A DNA stretch of 63,813 nucleotides, counting the filler, from Basidiobolus ranarum (taxonomy: Eukaryota), in the NCBI GenBank assembly GCA_040143965.1. It is 44 parts of 44 records of this genome, joined end to end, with 100 filler letters (N's around TTAATTAATTAA, not from the genome) between each part and the next. Parts side by side here need not be neighbours in the genome. Positions count along the whole stretch, not along the records: positions 37,854 to 39,204 come from JASJQH010005443.1; positions 39,305 to 40,655 come from JASJQH010005444.1; positions 40,756 to 42,105 come from JASJQH010005445.1; positions 42,206 to 43,555 come from JASJQH010005446.1; positions 43,656 to 45,005 come from JASJQH010005447.1; positions 45,106 to 46,454 come from JASJQH010005448.1; positions 46,555 to 47,902 come from JASJQH010005449.1; positions 48,003 to 49,350 come from JASJQH010005450.1; 36 more parts are not named here. One strand, 5' to 3'. The position numbers and the translations under genes are program-made. Below the pieces are notes generated by a model that worked only from the letters and a program-made list of their open reading frames with translations, made no database searches and was not told the DNA's origin. Position 1 is the stretch's first letter; the number at the start of each line of letters is the position of its first letter. Positions 37,754 to 50,458 of this stretch are shown in pieces.

Positions 37754-38479
37754 NNNNNNNNNNNNNNNNNNNNNNNNNNNNNNNNNNNNNNNNNNNNTTA
37801 ATTAATTAANNNNNNNNNNNNNNNNNNNNNNNNNNNNNNNNNNNNNNNNNNNNATTAACCTCTGAGTCATCTGCCAAGATACAAGTCAATATGAGTCACA
37901 AAATTCATAACCAATGATCTTTCACTGCCAAGGCTTCAGCTGATGAATGAATCACTTATCTATCTGCCTATCTATCCAATCACAATTTCTTTTATCAGAA
38001 TTAGTTGTCTAGTACCTTGGTGCTAACTAATTCACTTTGCTATCAAAAAGTATAAATAAAGCTAACTGAACCTTTTAGCTTAGTGTGTGTGTCAACAAAT
38101 ATAGGATCTCAACACTTCTCAGTGTTTTTCAACAAATTCAATATTCCCCTCTCATTTCTATCCAAGCCTAGTATCCACTAGCACCTAAAGAACACTAAGC
38201 CTAGCTGCCTAGCAGACCTACTCTCTACTATAATATAGCAACCCACTGCTATTCCCAAGACATATATTAATTAGATCTGCTCTGCTGATACATCCTGCTT
38301 AAAAAGTTCTAAGATTATTGAATTGGATATGTCATACTTATAGTTAACTATGAAATTGGACTATTAGATGTGCTTAGATTGTAACAAACATACTTGTTAA
38401 GCATGGGTGAAGATTTGAGGTGATTTGGAGAAGTTTTGAGAAAAAAGTGAAAATTGTTAAAAGTTATCTAATTGGTATT

Positions 38480-39204
38480 TGTTGGAGGATCTTGACATAA
38501 TGGGGGTAGACTTTGAGTATTAGAAGCAACTTATGATAGTGTGTTTTAGTTAGTTTATTCTTAAGAGTATATGGTGACTTATATAGTAGAAAAGTAAATC
38601 AATTGTTTGAGATATTCAGGAGTTTGTGTAATAAGATATAATAGATAAGTGGGGGTAATAAGACATACTTGTTATATAGATATAGAGATATTCCTATTTA
38701 GAATATAGGGGCTATAGATACGTTGCTTTCTGTTTCTGATATATGTATCATAACTAAAGTTAACTATGATGTTGAATAAAGATTAATTATCCAACACCTT
38801 CCCTTAATTCTTATTCAGCATTGTGCTTATATTCACTAATGCCTATTCCTGCTCTTAACTTCTCAAAGCTTGAAGTTTTGAGTGGTTTTGTTAGTATATC
38901 TGCAAGCATGTTTTCAGTATTACAATAAATAAAGTTCACTTCTTTGTCTTGAACTTTCTCTCATATAAAATGATGTCTTATGTCAATATGTTTCATCCTT
39001 GAGTGATGCTCAGGATTCTTGGTGATCTGAATACAACTAATATTATCTTGATATATTGGGGTAGGATTAACTTGATCATATCCTAGTTCCTTGAGAAGAC
39101 TCCTTAGCCATATAGCTTCTTGAACAGCCATAGAGCTTGCCATATATTCTGCTTCTGTAGTTGATAATGCGACAGTTTGTTGTTTCTTGCTAATCCAGCT
39201 TATT
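38480..39204 (-). mobile_element. 3' end of a Ty1/copia element: RNase H (38811-39204), PPT (38797-38805), 3' LTR-A (38480-38796, 317 bp)
   Basis: SKKQQTVALSTTEAEY, KHIDIRHHFI*EKV, ADILTKPL. Minus strand AAGGGAAGG is followed by TGTTGGA...TCCAACA. Confidence 0.95.
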
Positions 39205-39304
39205 NNNNNNNNNNNNNNNNNNNNNNNNNNNNNNNNNNNNNNNNNNNNTTAATTAATTAANNNNNNNNNNNNNNNNNNNNNNNNNNNNNNNNNNNNNNNN
39301 NNNN

Positions 39305-40655
39305 AATTTCCGTTTTTACTGCCACTTCTGCTCACTTCAATCCCCAAGAAATCGTATGCATGCAACGCTCAGAGTCTATTGCCCAAATCTGGATACACGC
39401 ATTTCCTATTCAAGGAGAAGCAAATATTTGGTAGATACCGGAGAAACTACCAACTAATTAATATCTCAACTTCTAAAAAGAACATATTCGACGTCATTGT
39501 AACTTTTACGTTTAAAGTTGATGCAAATCAATTACTTTTCCGGATTAGGAATTGAAACGATTCTACTTGTATTAAATCAGCTGCAGCTTTCAAAGCATAC
39601 TTCGTACCTACATTCATACCCAAGCCAGAACGATAAATTTCAGCATGATGCAAGCCATCTCTTGGGTCTTTAGTTCTAGCCCCAAAGGCAATTAATACAA
39701 GTTTGATTAAGGTTGCTATCAGCCTGAATCCTAAACCCACATATCTCGAATATATGTAATAAACTAAGATGTTTTCCTAAATCTGTGTAAGAGATTGTTG
39801 CCGTGCGTAAAAGGAAGTCTTAGTAGGTCACCAGATAATCTGACTACCCAATCGTTCTAGTACTTGAGCGAATTTCGGGAATTCTGGCATGCTAAAAAAA
39901 CACGTTCATATATAAACAATAATGACTACTTTTATATGGATTTATTCAGGACGAATGAAGAAGATATTATCCAGAGCTGCTATATGGTACTTTAATTCCC
40001 CTTAGGGTCATCTTCTCTCACAATGCCATTACTACTATTGTTGTATATTCACAATTGGCTAGATCTTTCCTACAGCTTTAAATCAATGGTAGGTTGTTGG
40101 AAATATAGAAACTATGCAACAAGTATATATTTTAGCATGCTAGGAAGCTTATAGTGTGTTAAAATTTACCTAAATATAGTCATTGCGATGCCTCTTTCCT
40201 TTGTGAGAATTTCCAGATTCTGTGTCTTAAATAGCAACCGCACGGAGATATCGATGTATTTTGGGATACGAAGACTTATGCAATATTTACTCCATTGGAT
40301 ATGCACTACAGAATTAGAATATAGTTGGCGAAGTACATTAAGCAGAGCATGTGAAAGGTGGAAAAAGTCATCGAGTAGTTGATGTAACATTGAAATATAA
40401 AATGCTTCCAATGATGAATATCTGTAATAACTAATATATGTGCTAAAGCAAGAAAGGTAGTCAATAAAGGCAACAGTGACAATTGTACAATTTTATTCTT
40501 AAGATTGAAAAGATAACCGTGTCAAATGTCAATTAAGGTGAAAGTATTGTCGCTCTGATGAAGGAAGGACCCGCATGAATAAATAATGTAGAAGTTCTCC
40601 AGGTATAACTGTACGTCTGTAATATAAGCAACTTATTGAGTCCCATTCTGTATAT
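39305..40655 (-). other. Non-repetitive, CpG-retaining contig; possible exon fragments of an unidentified gene
   Basis: Protein-like ORFs 39528-39740 and 40166-40411. No family recognised. Confidence 0.25.
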
Positions 40656-40755
40656 NNNNNNNNNNNNNNNNNNNNNNNNNNNNNNNNNNNNNNNNNNNNT
40701 TAATTAATTAANNNNNNNNNNNNNNNNNNNNNNNNNNNNNNNNNNNNNNNNNNNN

Positions 40756-42105
40756 CTATATGTGGGATGATATGATTGGTCAGGTTTCATGGAATGTTCC
40801 AAAGAATATGACTTCCATATAAGGTCATCTGGATGAACTGACACCAGATTGCCAAGAAGGGATGGCACAGTAGATATGATGTCATCATCTAATAATAGAA
40901 GAGTTCCATATGCAGTGGATCAGTATGCCGAGATCAGAATCATGACAATGGGATGATTGATTCTGGCAATGACACATCTACTTGTGGCAGGACATTTGTT
41001 GACTGCAAGTTGAGGATATATTGGCTGAATTCTTTATGGAAATTTGCCAAAATCCAAGACCGTGTTCTCATTGTGAATGGTAACAAGAGTCAGTTATTTG
41101 CCAAGTATCAGTGCTATTCAAAATTTCAGATGTTTAGCAATTTTTCCTCCATTGGTTTGCTGGTAAAGCATATTGATGTTGTTGAGTTATGGCTAATCAG
41201 TTAAGTATTTGCATATGTAGAGACTAAACACAACAAGAATCTTGTATTTTTTGATTCTCATTATGGCTGGAATACAAAGCGTAAAATATCTAAATAAAGG
41301 CATGCACATTAATTCGAATTCCTACAGCAGTAAACCCAGTAATTTGCCATTCAAAAATTATATTTTTGCAAAAATTGCCGGATATTGAATCACACATGTC
41401 AAATTTGCAGATCATTAATTTAACAAGTATGAATACCATCAAAATACTATCAAGAAACCACCATCAAACCATCAAGATCCCTGGCAGAATGAAAGCCACC
41501 AATGTTGTGACAGTTCTCTGATGATTTTGCTCTTTTGGTAAATGGATCCAATCCAGATCAAATTGATTTTATTTTTCTTGGGGAACATTATCCAAATTTA
41601 GAAAATATCATATCTGGGACAAGGTAGAAAACATCCGCCACCAATGAATGTAGGACAAAGCTCAAATCATTACCAATCCCAGTGATGAATATTCCTAGCA
41701 GAAAACCAACAAGCAATAATCCTATCTTGAACTTCACTATGAGTACTGAAACCAAGGAGAACAAACTATTATATGATATTCTGGAATCAAGCAGCTATAC
41801 CAGTAGTAAAATATTAGGCAGTGCTGGAAATGCACCAATTTATACGAGAAAACCTGATAATTACTCTGAGCATATTGATAATTTGAAGCCAGCATCTGGA
41901 AATCAGCATATTACCTCTGCCAATTAAAAATATGGAAATCAGAAAAAGGATATTTTTCCAGCCAATGAGGAATCAGGAAATTGGGCTCAGAAAAAGGCAA
42001 TAATTTTCTGCCCAATCACATACTTAAGAAATAACCTACTCCCAATTTGGCTGATATTAGACGCAATCAATTATTAGAAGTATGCAATCAATCATAACAA
42101 GTATT
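40756..42105. mobile_element. LTR-B end (40756-40947), CACTA transposase end with end A (~40950-41583), copia spacer (41584-42105)
   Basis: Homology to 45116-45644, 18956-20023 and 18200-18640. Confidence 0.8.
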
Positions 42106-42205
42106 NNNNNNNNNNNNNNNNNNNNNNNNNNNNNNNNNNNNNNNNNNNNTTAATTAATTAANNNNNNNNNNNNNNNNNNNNNNNNNNNNNNNNNNNNNNN
42201 NNNNN

Positions 42206-43555
42206 CTAGTATAGGCCTATTCATGAATCATCTCAAAAATGAATGCAATTATTGACTTGGAAGAGAAAGCACAGCAGTCAAAGAAGTACTTAAGGCGCAC
42301 GATGCTAGTAAGCCCAAGGGAAAAGCACTGGAGCCAGTGGGCTTAGGCTCCAATATCCACTAATCAAATTCTTCATATGATTACAAAGATATGCATTTGC
42401 ATTGTCAGATATACTGGCCAATAAGCTTAATTTCAGCATGGAGCCAAGTACAGCAGTTGGAAGAGCTGTAAATGTGGAAGTTTATCCAGCTTATGACACC
42501 TTTCAACAAGAGAAACACCAGTAAACAAAACTCATGGCTCTCCAACCTCAACTGGTACCTTTCATGGTGTTGAAATGCATTAAAATTTTGATGGTTTTCC
42601 TTTAATAACAATCCTCAAATTTCTGGTAGTGATAGTAGGGCCCATCATCTCCACCAATTAAGAAAGAAGCAGCAGAGAATATATTGAATACTGGCATATA
42701 TTCAGTCTAACTTCTTTAAACCTGTAATAAGTCTTTAAATATGCAATCGCAAAATTGTCACACAGTTGCTGTATCTGCCAGAGGTCTACCAATATCAGTT
42801 GATGCCATAAGAATATATTTACAATATCCACAAACAACCCTCAATGTTGCAATACTTATAAGGTGGAAATCTTTTTAAGATTCTAGCTCAATATATACAA
42901 ATGCCATACTTCCAGTCTTTTATTTGAATAAACATCTAGATGAGTGGATATGATGGGAGTCTTGTTGAAATATGATGGTACCTTGACAGTTTCAAGCATT
43001 TTCCCAACTGATTGATACTTTAATTCCATCCCAAATGGCTCATTCATATGAAACTTTCACAATATAGCAGAGTAAGTAGTATTGGAAGGTTGTTGAATAG
43101 TAAGTGTATAGTGTCTAATGGGAAGCTCTGGCTTCAGCTGATCCTCTTTAGCAACATAATCTTAGGCTTATGTCTAATACCAAGTTTAATGTTAGACTGA
43201 TTATTTGGTGAATTGATATCAGTGAGCATGTTGAAATCTGACTGGGCTGTTGATAGTAAAATCATGGAGTTTTGCATTGTATTTGGATAGTAGTATTGCA
43301 CATGCCAGAAATATTAAACTCCATTGATTTTACAAAATCTAGAGCAAGAGAGTGCATTGTGCCTGCAAAAACCTCCCAGTTTACTGATGGCAGGAGTGTC
43401 ACCAATACATACAATGATATTAGCTTTAATAAAATATTCACCCATCTGAACCCCATTAGATAACCATTCAAATTCTGCAATCAAAGGCTCCAAGAAGCTA
43501 TCTATAAGCACTGGTGATTTAGGTCCAGATATGATGGATAGTATCAAAATATTAT
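42206..43555. mobile_element. CACTA-like ORF2 piece (+) and transposase core (-)
   Basis: GPKSPVLIDSFLEPLI, GDTPAISKLGGFCRHNA. Confidence 0.82.
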
Positions 43556-43655
43556 NNNNNNNNNNNNNNNNNNNNNNNNNNNNNNNNNNNNNNNNNNNNT
43601 TAATTAATTAANNNNNNNNNNNNNNNNNNNNNNNNNNNNNNNNNNNNNNNNNNNN

Positions 43656-43926
43656 TTAGGGAGAAATATTGGTCTGGCCAGGATTTGAACCTGGGACCTC
43701 CTTCACTCTAGCAAGGTGCTCTAACCACTGAGCTACCAGTCCTTGTATGCTATGCCTATATTGCTATGGAACCTTAACCTACTCTGTCAATGTATGGTAC
43801 TTTGGCATTTCAGCTATACAAGCAACTGATTGGCCTTCAACTTTGTGTTCAGATGCAGTCACCATACTCCATATTTTCCTCTTTTCGCAATTACTGCTTG
43901 TACCACAAGTCACCAGACTTTCAACA
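43656..43926 (-). mobile_element. LTR containing a tRNA-like cassette (Helenus-like TRIM LTR), partial copy inserted in a copia integrase
   Basis: Ends TTTCAACA at 43926. The copy at 53513 starts TGTTGAAA. Third copy at 62469-62666. Confidence 0.75.
43670..43742 (-). ncRNA. tRNA-derived (pseudo-tRNA) Pol III cassette
   Basis: GGACTGGTAGCTCAGTGGTTAGAGCACCTTGCTAGAGTGAAGGAGGTCCCAGGTTCAAATCCTGGCCAGACCA: A box, B box, intact D and T arms, mismatched acceptor and anticodon stems. Confidence 0.85.
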
Positions 43927-44896
43927 CATGTAACATTGCCCATGCCATCCCCTTCCATAGTCCAATTAGCATGCTTTGCAACTTCATTTTGTAGTGGAGT
44001 ATAAGGTACAGTGGTTTGTTGCTCAAGTTCATGCTTAGAACAAACACTAGAAAAGTCTTGAGAGTAGTCTTCTTGACCTGTATCACTCTATAGTACCCTT
44101 ATCATTTGAGCAGCTTTCTTTTCAGTCATTGCTCTGTAGTGCTTGAGAATAGTCAAAACCTCAGATTTGTATTTGACACAGAATACCTACATATATATAA
44201 TTTTTTATCAACAAAGGTCATAAGGTACCTTTTGCCACTTAGTGAGATAATTTTCATGGGCCCACATGGGTCCAAATGAATCAAGGCAAAATTCTGAGCA
44301 GATTTGATCTCTCCAGAGCTTGAAAATGGCTCTTGTGTTGTTTTTTATATACTCAATCTTCACACAGATCCAATTTGGTAATAGTAAGAATTTATAAGCC
44401 TAAAACAAGCTAGTTTTGGATTATGTGGGTTGGTTTTTGTTTACCATTGTTGCTTAATCTTCTGTGCCATGTTCGACAGCACATTTCACTGGTTTTGACT
44501 ACGTTTGCATGCTCAGAAAGCAATTTGCTGATTTATAACTTGTAAAAGTTTATTTTTTGATCCCAGTAGCTACTTTGGCACTAATCTGATCTGTGACAGT
44601 GCATCCATCAAGAGTGAATGCAAAATTTAGTCCTTGCCCTGTTGCTTGGTTTACTGTGAGTAAACTGTTGGCTGTATTTGATACATAAAGTATGTCATCC
44701 AATTTTGCAGATGGCGTAGCTCAAATTTGAGCTAAGTTGAGCTGAACTGTGCCCTTTCTGACTGCATCAGGTACAAATTCATCTCCAAATAGACTTTCCT
44801 TGATTGGACGGGTTTTAAGCTGGAATACCATTCTTTCTTGTTTCACATATGCTGGAAGCTCCTACATCAGTGTGCCTTATTTCTGAGTCTTCCTTA
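43927..44896 (-). mobile_element. Decayed Ty1/copia protease-integrase
   Basis: Homologous to 50899-52245; reads TVPYTP..NEVA. Confidence 0.85.
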
Positions 44897-45115
44897 TATT
44901 GGGAAAATATGGGCTGTTTGGAGGAACTTTAGAAAAGTGGAGTTGTGAATAGCTTTGTGAGATAATTATTTATTGACCAGAAATTAAGCATTTATACATT
45001 TTGGTNNNNNNNNNNNNNNNNNNNNNNNNNNNNNNNNNNNNNNNNNNNNTTAATTAATTAANNNNNNNNNNNNNNNNNNNNNNNNNNNNNNNNNNNNNNN
45101 NNNNNATATTACATC

Positions 45116-45644
45116 TGTCACAATAAGGAACTGGACAAGGACTGGAAACAGTGATAAGAGGCTAGAAGGCAGGAGAGTACTTGGGTGCAGACCACAAGAC
45201 AAGACAAGACAGGACAGGGAAGATACTTTGGCAAGAATCTTTATTGATAACTGGCATTGATCTGACTGAGGTCAGATAAAGGAATACATTGGGCTTATAT
45301 ATATATTTCATGGTGAAACATAATATACTGAATAGGGAATATACTGTGGCAAGTTTGAGAGTTGGGGTGTTAGGGACTACAATGACCAATACAAAGAGGG
45401 ATGATGTAAGGATGATCAGGTGACCTTCCATAGAAGGTCTGGGTGGAAATACACTATGTGTGGGATGACATGATTGGTTAGGTTTCATGGAATGTTCCAA
45501 AGAACATGACTTCCATATAAGGTATCATGATGAACTAACACCAGATTACTGAGACAGGATGGCACAGCAGATATGATGTCATAATCTAATAATAGAAGAG
45601 TTCTATTAGCAGTGGATCAGTATGCCAAGAGCAGAATCATGACA
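45116..45644 (-). repeat. Complete solo LTR, family B (529 bp, TGTCA...TGACA)
   Basis: Flanks are ACATC and CCATC, a 5-bp TSD with one mismatch. Removing the LTR restores the copia frame IPSFTTNLFSI. TATA and AATAAA lie on the minus strand. Confidence 0.85.
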
Positions 45645-46454
45645 CCATCATTTACAACAAATCTGTTTTCAATTGGAGAAATTGAAAAGAAACATTACGA
45701 TGTCAAATTCAGCCAAGGCAAAGCAACCATATACAAATCAAAGGACTCAATAGTAGCAACTAGAAAAAGAATTGGGAATCTATATCACCTGGATATGGCA
45801 CCATTAACTGAGACTGTTTCTAACTTTGCAACAATTACTTCTGGAAACTTGATGACTTGGCATCAGTGCTTGGGTCATCTAAACTATAATAGTGTGAAAC
45901 AATTATATAAAAATAGCATATGTACTGGAATGGATCTTTAGCCCTCAGATATTACTAAATGTGAAAGCTGTATTCAAGGGAAAATCATCAGAAAACCATT
46001 TCCAAAAGAAGGAGCTAGCAAAGCCCAAGATTTATTGTATCTTATTCATACAGACTTATGAGGCCCATTGCAAACTCTGACACCAAGTAAGCTATGATAT
46101 TTACTCATCTTTATTGATGATAAATCTCACTTCACAGTTTCATATCTTCTGTCAAGCAAAGGAGAAGTGTTTCAATATTTCAAGTTATATGAAGGAATGG
46201 TCACAACCATAACAGGAAGAAAAATCAAATACCTACATAGTGAGAATGGAACTGAATTCAGTAATGAAGCCATGACTAGCTTTTGTCAAGATAAGGGAAT
46301 CCAGTAGCAATTTTCTATTCCATATAGAGCAGAACAAAATGGAGTTGCAGAAAGGATGATAGGACTTTGGTAGAGAAAGCACATACAATGCTGCTCTATT
46401 CAGATCTGCCTAAGACCTATTGGGGTGAAGCTATTTTAACAGCTATATATCTCC
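45645..46454 (+). mobile_element. Ty1/copia GAG-pre-integrase and integrase
   Basis: WHQCLGHLN, C..CIQGK, FIDDKSHF, EQNGVAER. Confidence 0.92.
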
Positions 46455-46894
46455 NNNNNNNNNNNNNNNNNNNNNNNNNNNNNNNNNNNNNNNNNNNNTT
46501 AATTAATTAANNNNNNNNNNNNNNNNNNNNNNNNNNNNNNNNNNNNNNNNNNNNCTTGAAATTTGTTTGCGTGTACTACATTTGTATCAAAGGAGTCTTC
46601 AAAAGTAACTTGTGTTAGAAGTCGGAGGAATATCTTCCAACGATGAAGGATAGTAGAGGTCATCAGGGAGAAGATCAGAAATATCGTTCAAGTTTGATGA
46701 GGCATCAGAGAAGCATGAAGCGTCTAAAGATGATGTTGGGGGTAGTGATGTATCTAAGGAAACGGTATCTGGAATACCAGCGAAAATGTGGGTCTGTTTT
46801 ACTGAGTTGTATGATCCAAGATTGACAGTTTTTTTGCTACGCATGTGTAGTATTCTACCATTTTACTCAATACGGCAACTTGTCTGCGTACATT

Positions 46895-47542
46895 TCAATT
46901 GGAACAGGGCTGTGTTGATAATTTTGTGCAAGACAGTTCGTGTTCGTCTTCAGATGTTAATTGTGTGCTGATAAGTGGATGTGAAGATACCACTGGTGTG
47001 AACAAGAATGGAGGGGAAGGCGATAATAATATCGGTTTGGTTGTCTCTGATATTGAAAGGTCAACTATTTCTCGAGAACAGGGATATTTCGCACGTTGAA
47101 CGAGACGATAGAAATTTGGTTGATCCCGTTTGAAATATTGATGTGAATAGATTATCACCAACGAATCACTACTTTTGATTCTTCGATCAGATTCTCGGTA
47201 GAAGCCATATAGCTATTCAATGAATTAATACTAACACATTGGAAATAATTCATCAGCTAAAACGTACGTTTAATTGGCGTGTGAATGAAGTAAGTTTGCA
47301 AGTCTTATAGTAATGGGGAAGTACTTTGGAAGCAAAGCTGGCTGGGTCTTTAATAACAAACCTATTCCCTGAGCACTCCCAAGCTATTATGTCAGTGTGC
47401 CTTGGCTCAGAGAGTATACTAGAATAAATAAAATAATAATTCAACCGGGTACTTATGAAGTAATTTTCGAAGTTGTTTACTTGGACAGGCTCTGTACGAA
47501 GGGAGTTGTGTGAGCACGAAATCGATTAAGTTTTCTCTCCAT
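46895..47542 (-). CDS. HSF-type DNA-binding domain protein; exons 47542-47481, 47418-47268, 47212-46895 (~176 aa)
   Basis: Splicing GT-AG introns of 62 and 55 nt gives PFVQSLSNILSEPRHTDIIAWECSGNRFVIKDPASFASKVLPHYYKTCKLTSFTRQLNLYGF..YSHQYFKRDQP, a canonical HSF DBD. Confidence 0.9.
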
Positions 47543-48002
47543 TGTTGAACTCTAGATATGAATACGACAATACCTGCATATATACTGAAAGGCATAAGTA
47601 GGCCTAGAGTGCTCTAAGATTGAACTGGCCTTTCTGACATGCTAATTAGCCTGTATTCTCTTATATTTGAAACGATTTATTATCTCATAATTTTATTTTA
47701 TTACTATCTACATTTTAGGTGATAGGGACACGACCCAAACATGCAGATTGTACGATCTACTCCTCAATGGATCTGTGTCTATTCAGACTGAGTAGCGTGG
47801 GAACTTAAGGTATTCTCAAATGATGCAGTAAACTATGCGAAGCGATGGATCTAACTTTGTTCTTTGGAACACTTACTCCTTATCTCCTGTACTCTTGACA
47901 TANNNNNNNNNNNNNNNNNNNNNNNNNNNNNNNNNNNNNNNNNNNNTTAATTAATTAANNNNNNNNNNNNNNNNNNNNNNNNNNNNNNNNNNNNNNNNNN
48001 NN

Positions 48003-49350
48003 GGTAAAAGCTTGCCCTGAATGCCAACTAACCCAAAACCATAAGAAGAACACCTCTGAGATGTATCCTTTGCCTACCACTGAACATTTCCAAAGATGGG
48101 CACTTGACTCTATTGGTAAACTGCCAAATACTTATACTAGCTTCCACTAAATATTGGTGGGCATTTATCATTGTACCAAATGGTCTGTAGCAAGAGCTGT
48201 AAAGAGTGCAACCCACCAAGAAGTAGCCAAGCTCATCTATGAGGAAATACACTTACAATTTGAATGCCCAACCAAGATTCTGACTGACAGAGGTGCATAT
48301 TTCATGGCAGACTCTGTAGAACACTATCTGGAACCCCAAAAGACCAAGCACCTACAAACTTTGGCATATCATCCAAGAACTAATGGGGCTGTTGAAAGAT
48401 TCAATGGTGTATTTGGAAGAATGTTAACAAAGTACTGTGAAGGAGCAACACACAAGTGGGAACAATTTATACAACACACCCTCTTTGCCTGTAGAATTAG
48501 AAGCCACTTTACAACAGGTCTATTGCCTTTCTTTTTGGTGTATGGACAACATCCCAAACTCCCTGGAGACACCATCAGACCCAACCTTTGGGATCTTAAG
48601 AATTCAGAAGATTTAGCAGAGTATAGAGCTAGGGGTTTAGAAGAACTTAATCAACACAGAGCAGCAGCCATATCTTGGTCAAAAGGAGCATCAGAACGTA
48701 TGAAAATTCGTTTTGATAGAGCCATAAAGCACTCAGAGTTCCAAGAAGGTGAATATGTACTCATCAAAAACAAAACTAAGCTAAAGTTTGAACCCAAGTG
48801 GAAGGGTCCATTTGAAGTAGTTCAAAAACGTCCATTCAATACCTATCAACTCAGGGATAGGAAAGGAACAATCAAACCAACCTTAGTACATAGAGAGCAC
48901 CTCATCAAAGCTAAGTTACCTCCGGCAGAACAGGACAAATCCACATACTGGTGGAATAAAAACAATTTTTCTTCAGGAGAAGAATTGATCTAAGTGTGGG
49001 GATATGTTATGAAATTGGATTATCAGACAAAAGCAATGGCAATTTTGGAGACAACATAATGTCTCAATCAACACAATATTTTGTACACATAAAAAAAAAT
49101 ACACAAACCTTGGCCATCACCCAGTTTCACATCTACACCTTTCCTACACATCTCACAATCACCAAAATAAGCAAAGAAATGCAAATATCTCCAGAACTAC
49201 TGGACAAATCATTACTAAACTTTAGAGAGATCATTCCCTGTAATTATTCTACTTCAGGTAAAAATTTTTAAAACAAACCACACGGTGCAGAAAAAGGTTT
49301 CAAGATGTTGGAAACAGGCCATCAGTATTATATACATGTTTCAAAATTAG
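48003..49350 (+). mobile_element. 3' end of a Ty3/gypsy element: integrase (to 48993), PPT, 3' LTR from 49005
   Basis: ILTDRG, YHPRTNGAVERFN, KWKGPFEV (GPY/F). AAGTGTGGGGATA is followed by TGTTAT. Confidence 0.92.
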
Positions 49351-50458
49351 NNNNNNNNNNNNNNNNNNNNNNNNNNNNNNNNNNNNNNNNNNNNTTAATT
49401 AATTAANNNNNNNNNNNNNNNNNNNNNNNNNNNNNNNNNNNNNNNNNNNNATTCAGTGTTTATCATCATATATTGGGAGAATCTGTTACAATAAAACCAC
49501 TGAATGGAAGATCACCGATCTTGGATATTAGTTCTGGAATTTATCTCGGATAACTATTCCGAAGTCTGAAAAGGATGACTGTTCCACGATTTACAGAGGA
49601 TAACTGTTCCATGTAGTAGACATCGGCTGGGGATAAACTCAAAGCAAATGAAGAGTAGAACTCTGAGCTGTAGTAATACCCGATCTAAGCATGTTTAAAT
49701 AAATTGCTTTATCTGACATTAGTACCTTGTATTGTTGCATCCAAGATACAAGTGATAAAATGTCCTCAACTTAACCAACCAAGGAAATGTTGGAGATTGT
49801 AACAATTATCTCATGTATTATTCCTATCTGCTTACACCTAAGCATTTCATATATCTTAGGTAAGCAATCACATATTGTTAGTCATTTATCATGTATTAGT
49901 ATTATTCTCCATGTAGAAGAGAAATAATTAAGCAAGGTGAATAAACAGCTCATAAGCAATATGATTAATATGGGTCAATATTATTTACTGATTAAATGGT
50001 ATGGAAAGGGTCATAGAACATAAAATGAGCTATAATGAGTGCAATTTCGGGACTTGATTCACTGGTAAATTGACTGATCAACTTTATTTCGATTGTGCTT
50101 TTTTATAGAGTAAATCAGGGGAAAATCGAGTGGCATTCCTGCCGGATTTGGGAGTGTGATAGATTCGAAACAAAAGTGACGACCCATTTCCCTTGACTTT
50201 TAACTTCTGTTTGCGATGTCCGTTTATATGGAAACTTATACATATAGTAGAATAAGAATAAGAAATCATCCCCCTAAGTTTTAATAACGTTTCATCCAAG
50301 AGCTCTGGAAATATGTGCATTTTTATAACGGTTTTGGCAATTGTGAGGCTGTTAGTGTATCCATTTGAAACATAGCATGTATTCATCATATAAAAGAAGT
50401 CAATTGCGCTTGATTGAGATTCAAAACCTATCCTTCCTTTGATACTGCCATTCCTGCC

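Noticed and set aside
37854-38340. Additional LTR family
   Set aside because: It has a TATA-like motif but no defined ends, TSD or clear second copy.
43670-43742. Functional tRNA-Ser(AGA) gene
   Set aside because: It lacks the long Ser variable arm, has acceptor and anticodon stem mismatches that differ between copies, and is embedded in a repeat.
48996-49271. Protein family shared with ORF 50084-50473
   Set aside because: The similarity is explained by a shared DNA repeat downstream of the PPT; starts and ends are not conserved.
49451-49730. Possible minus-strand exon
   Set aside because: Short frame with stops and no recognisable motif.
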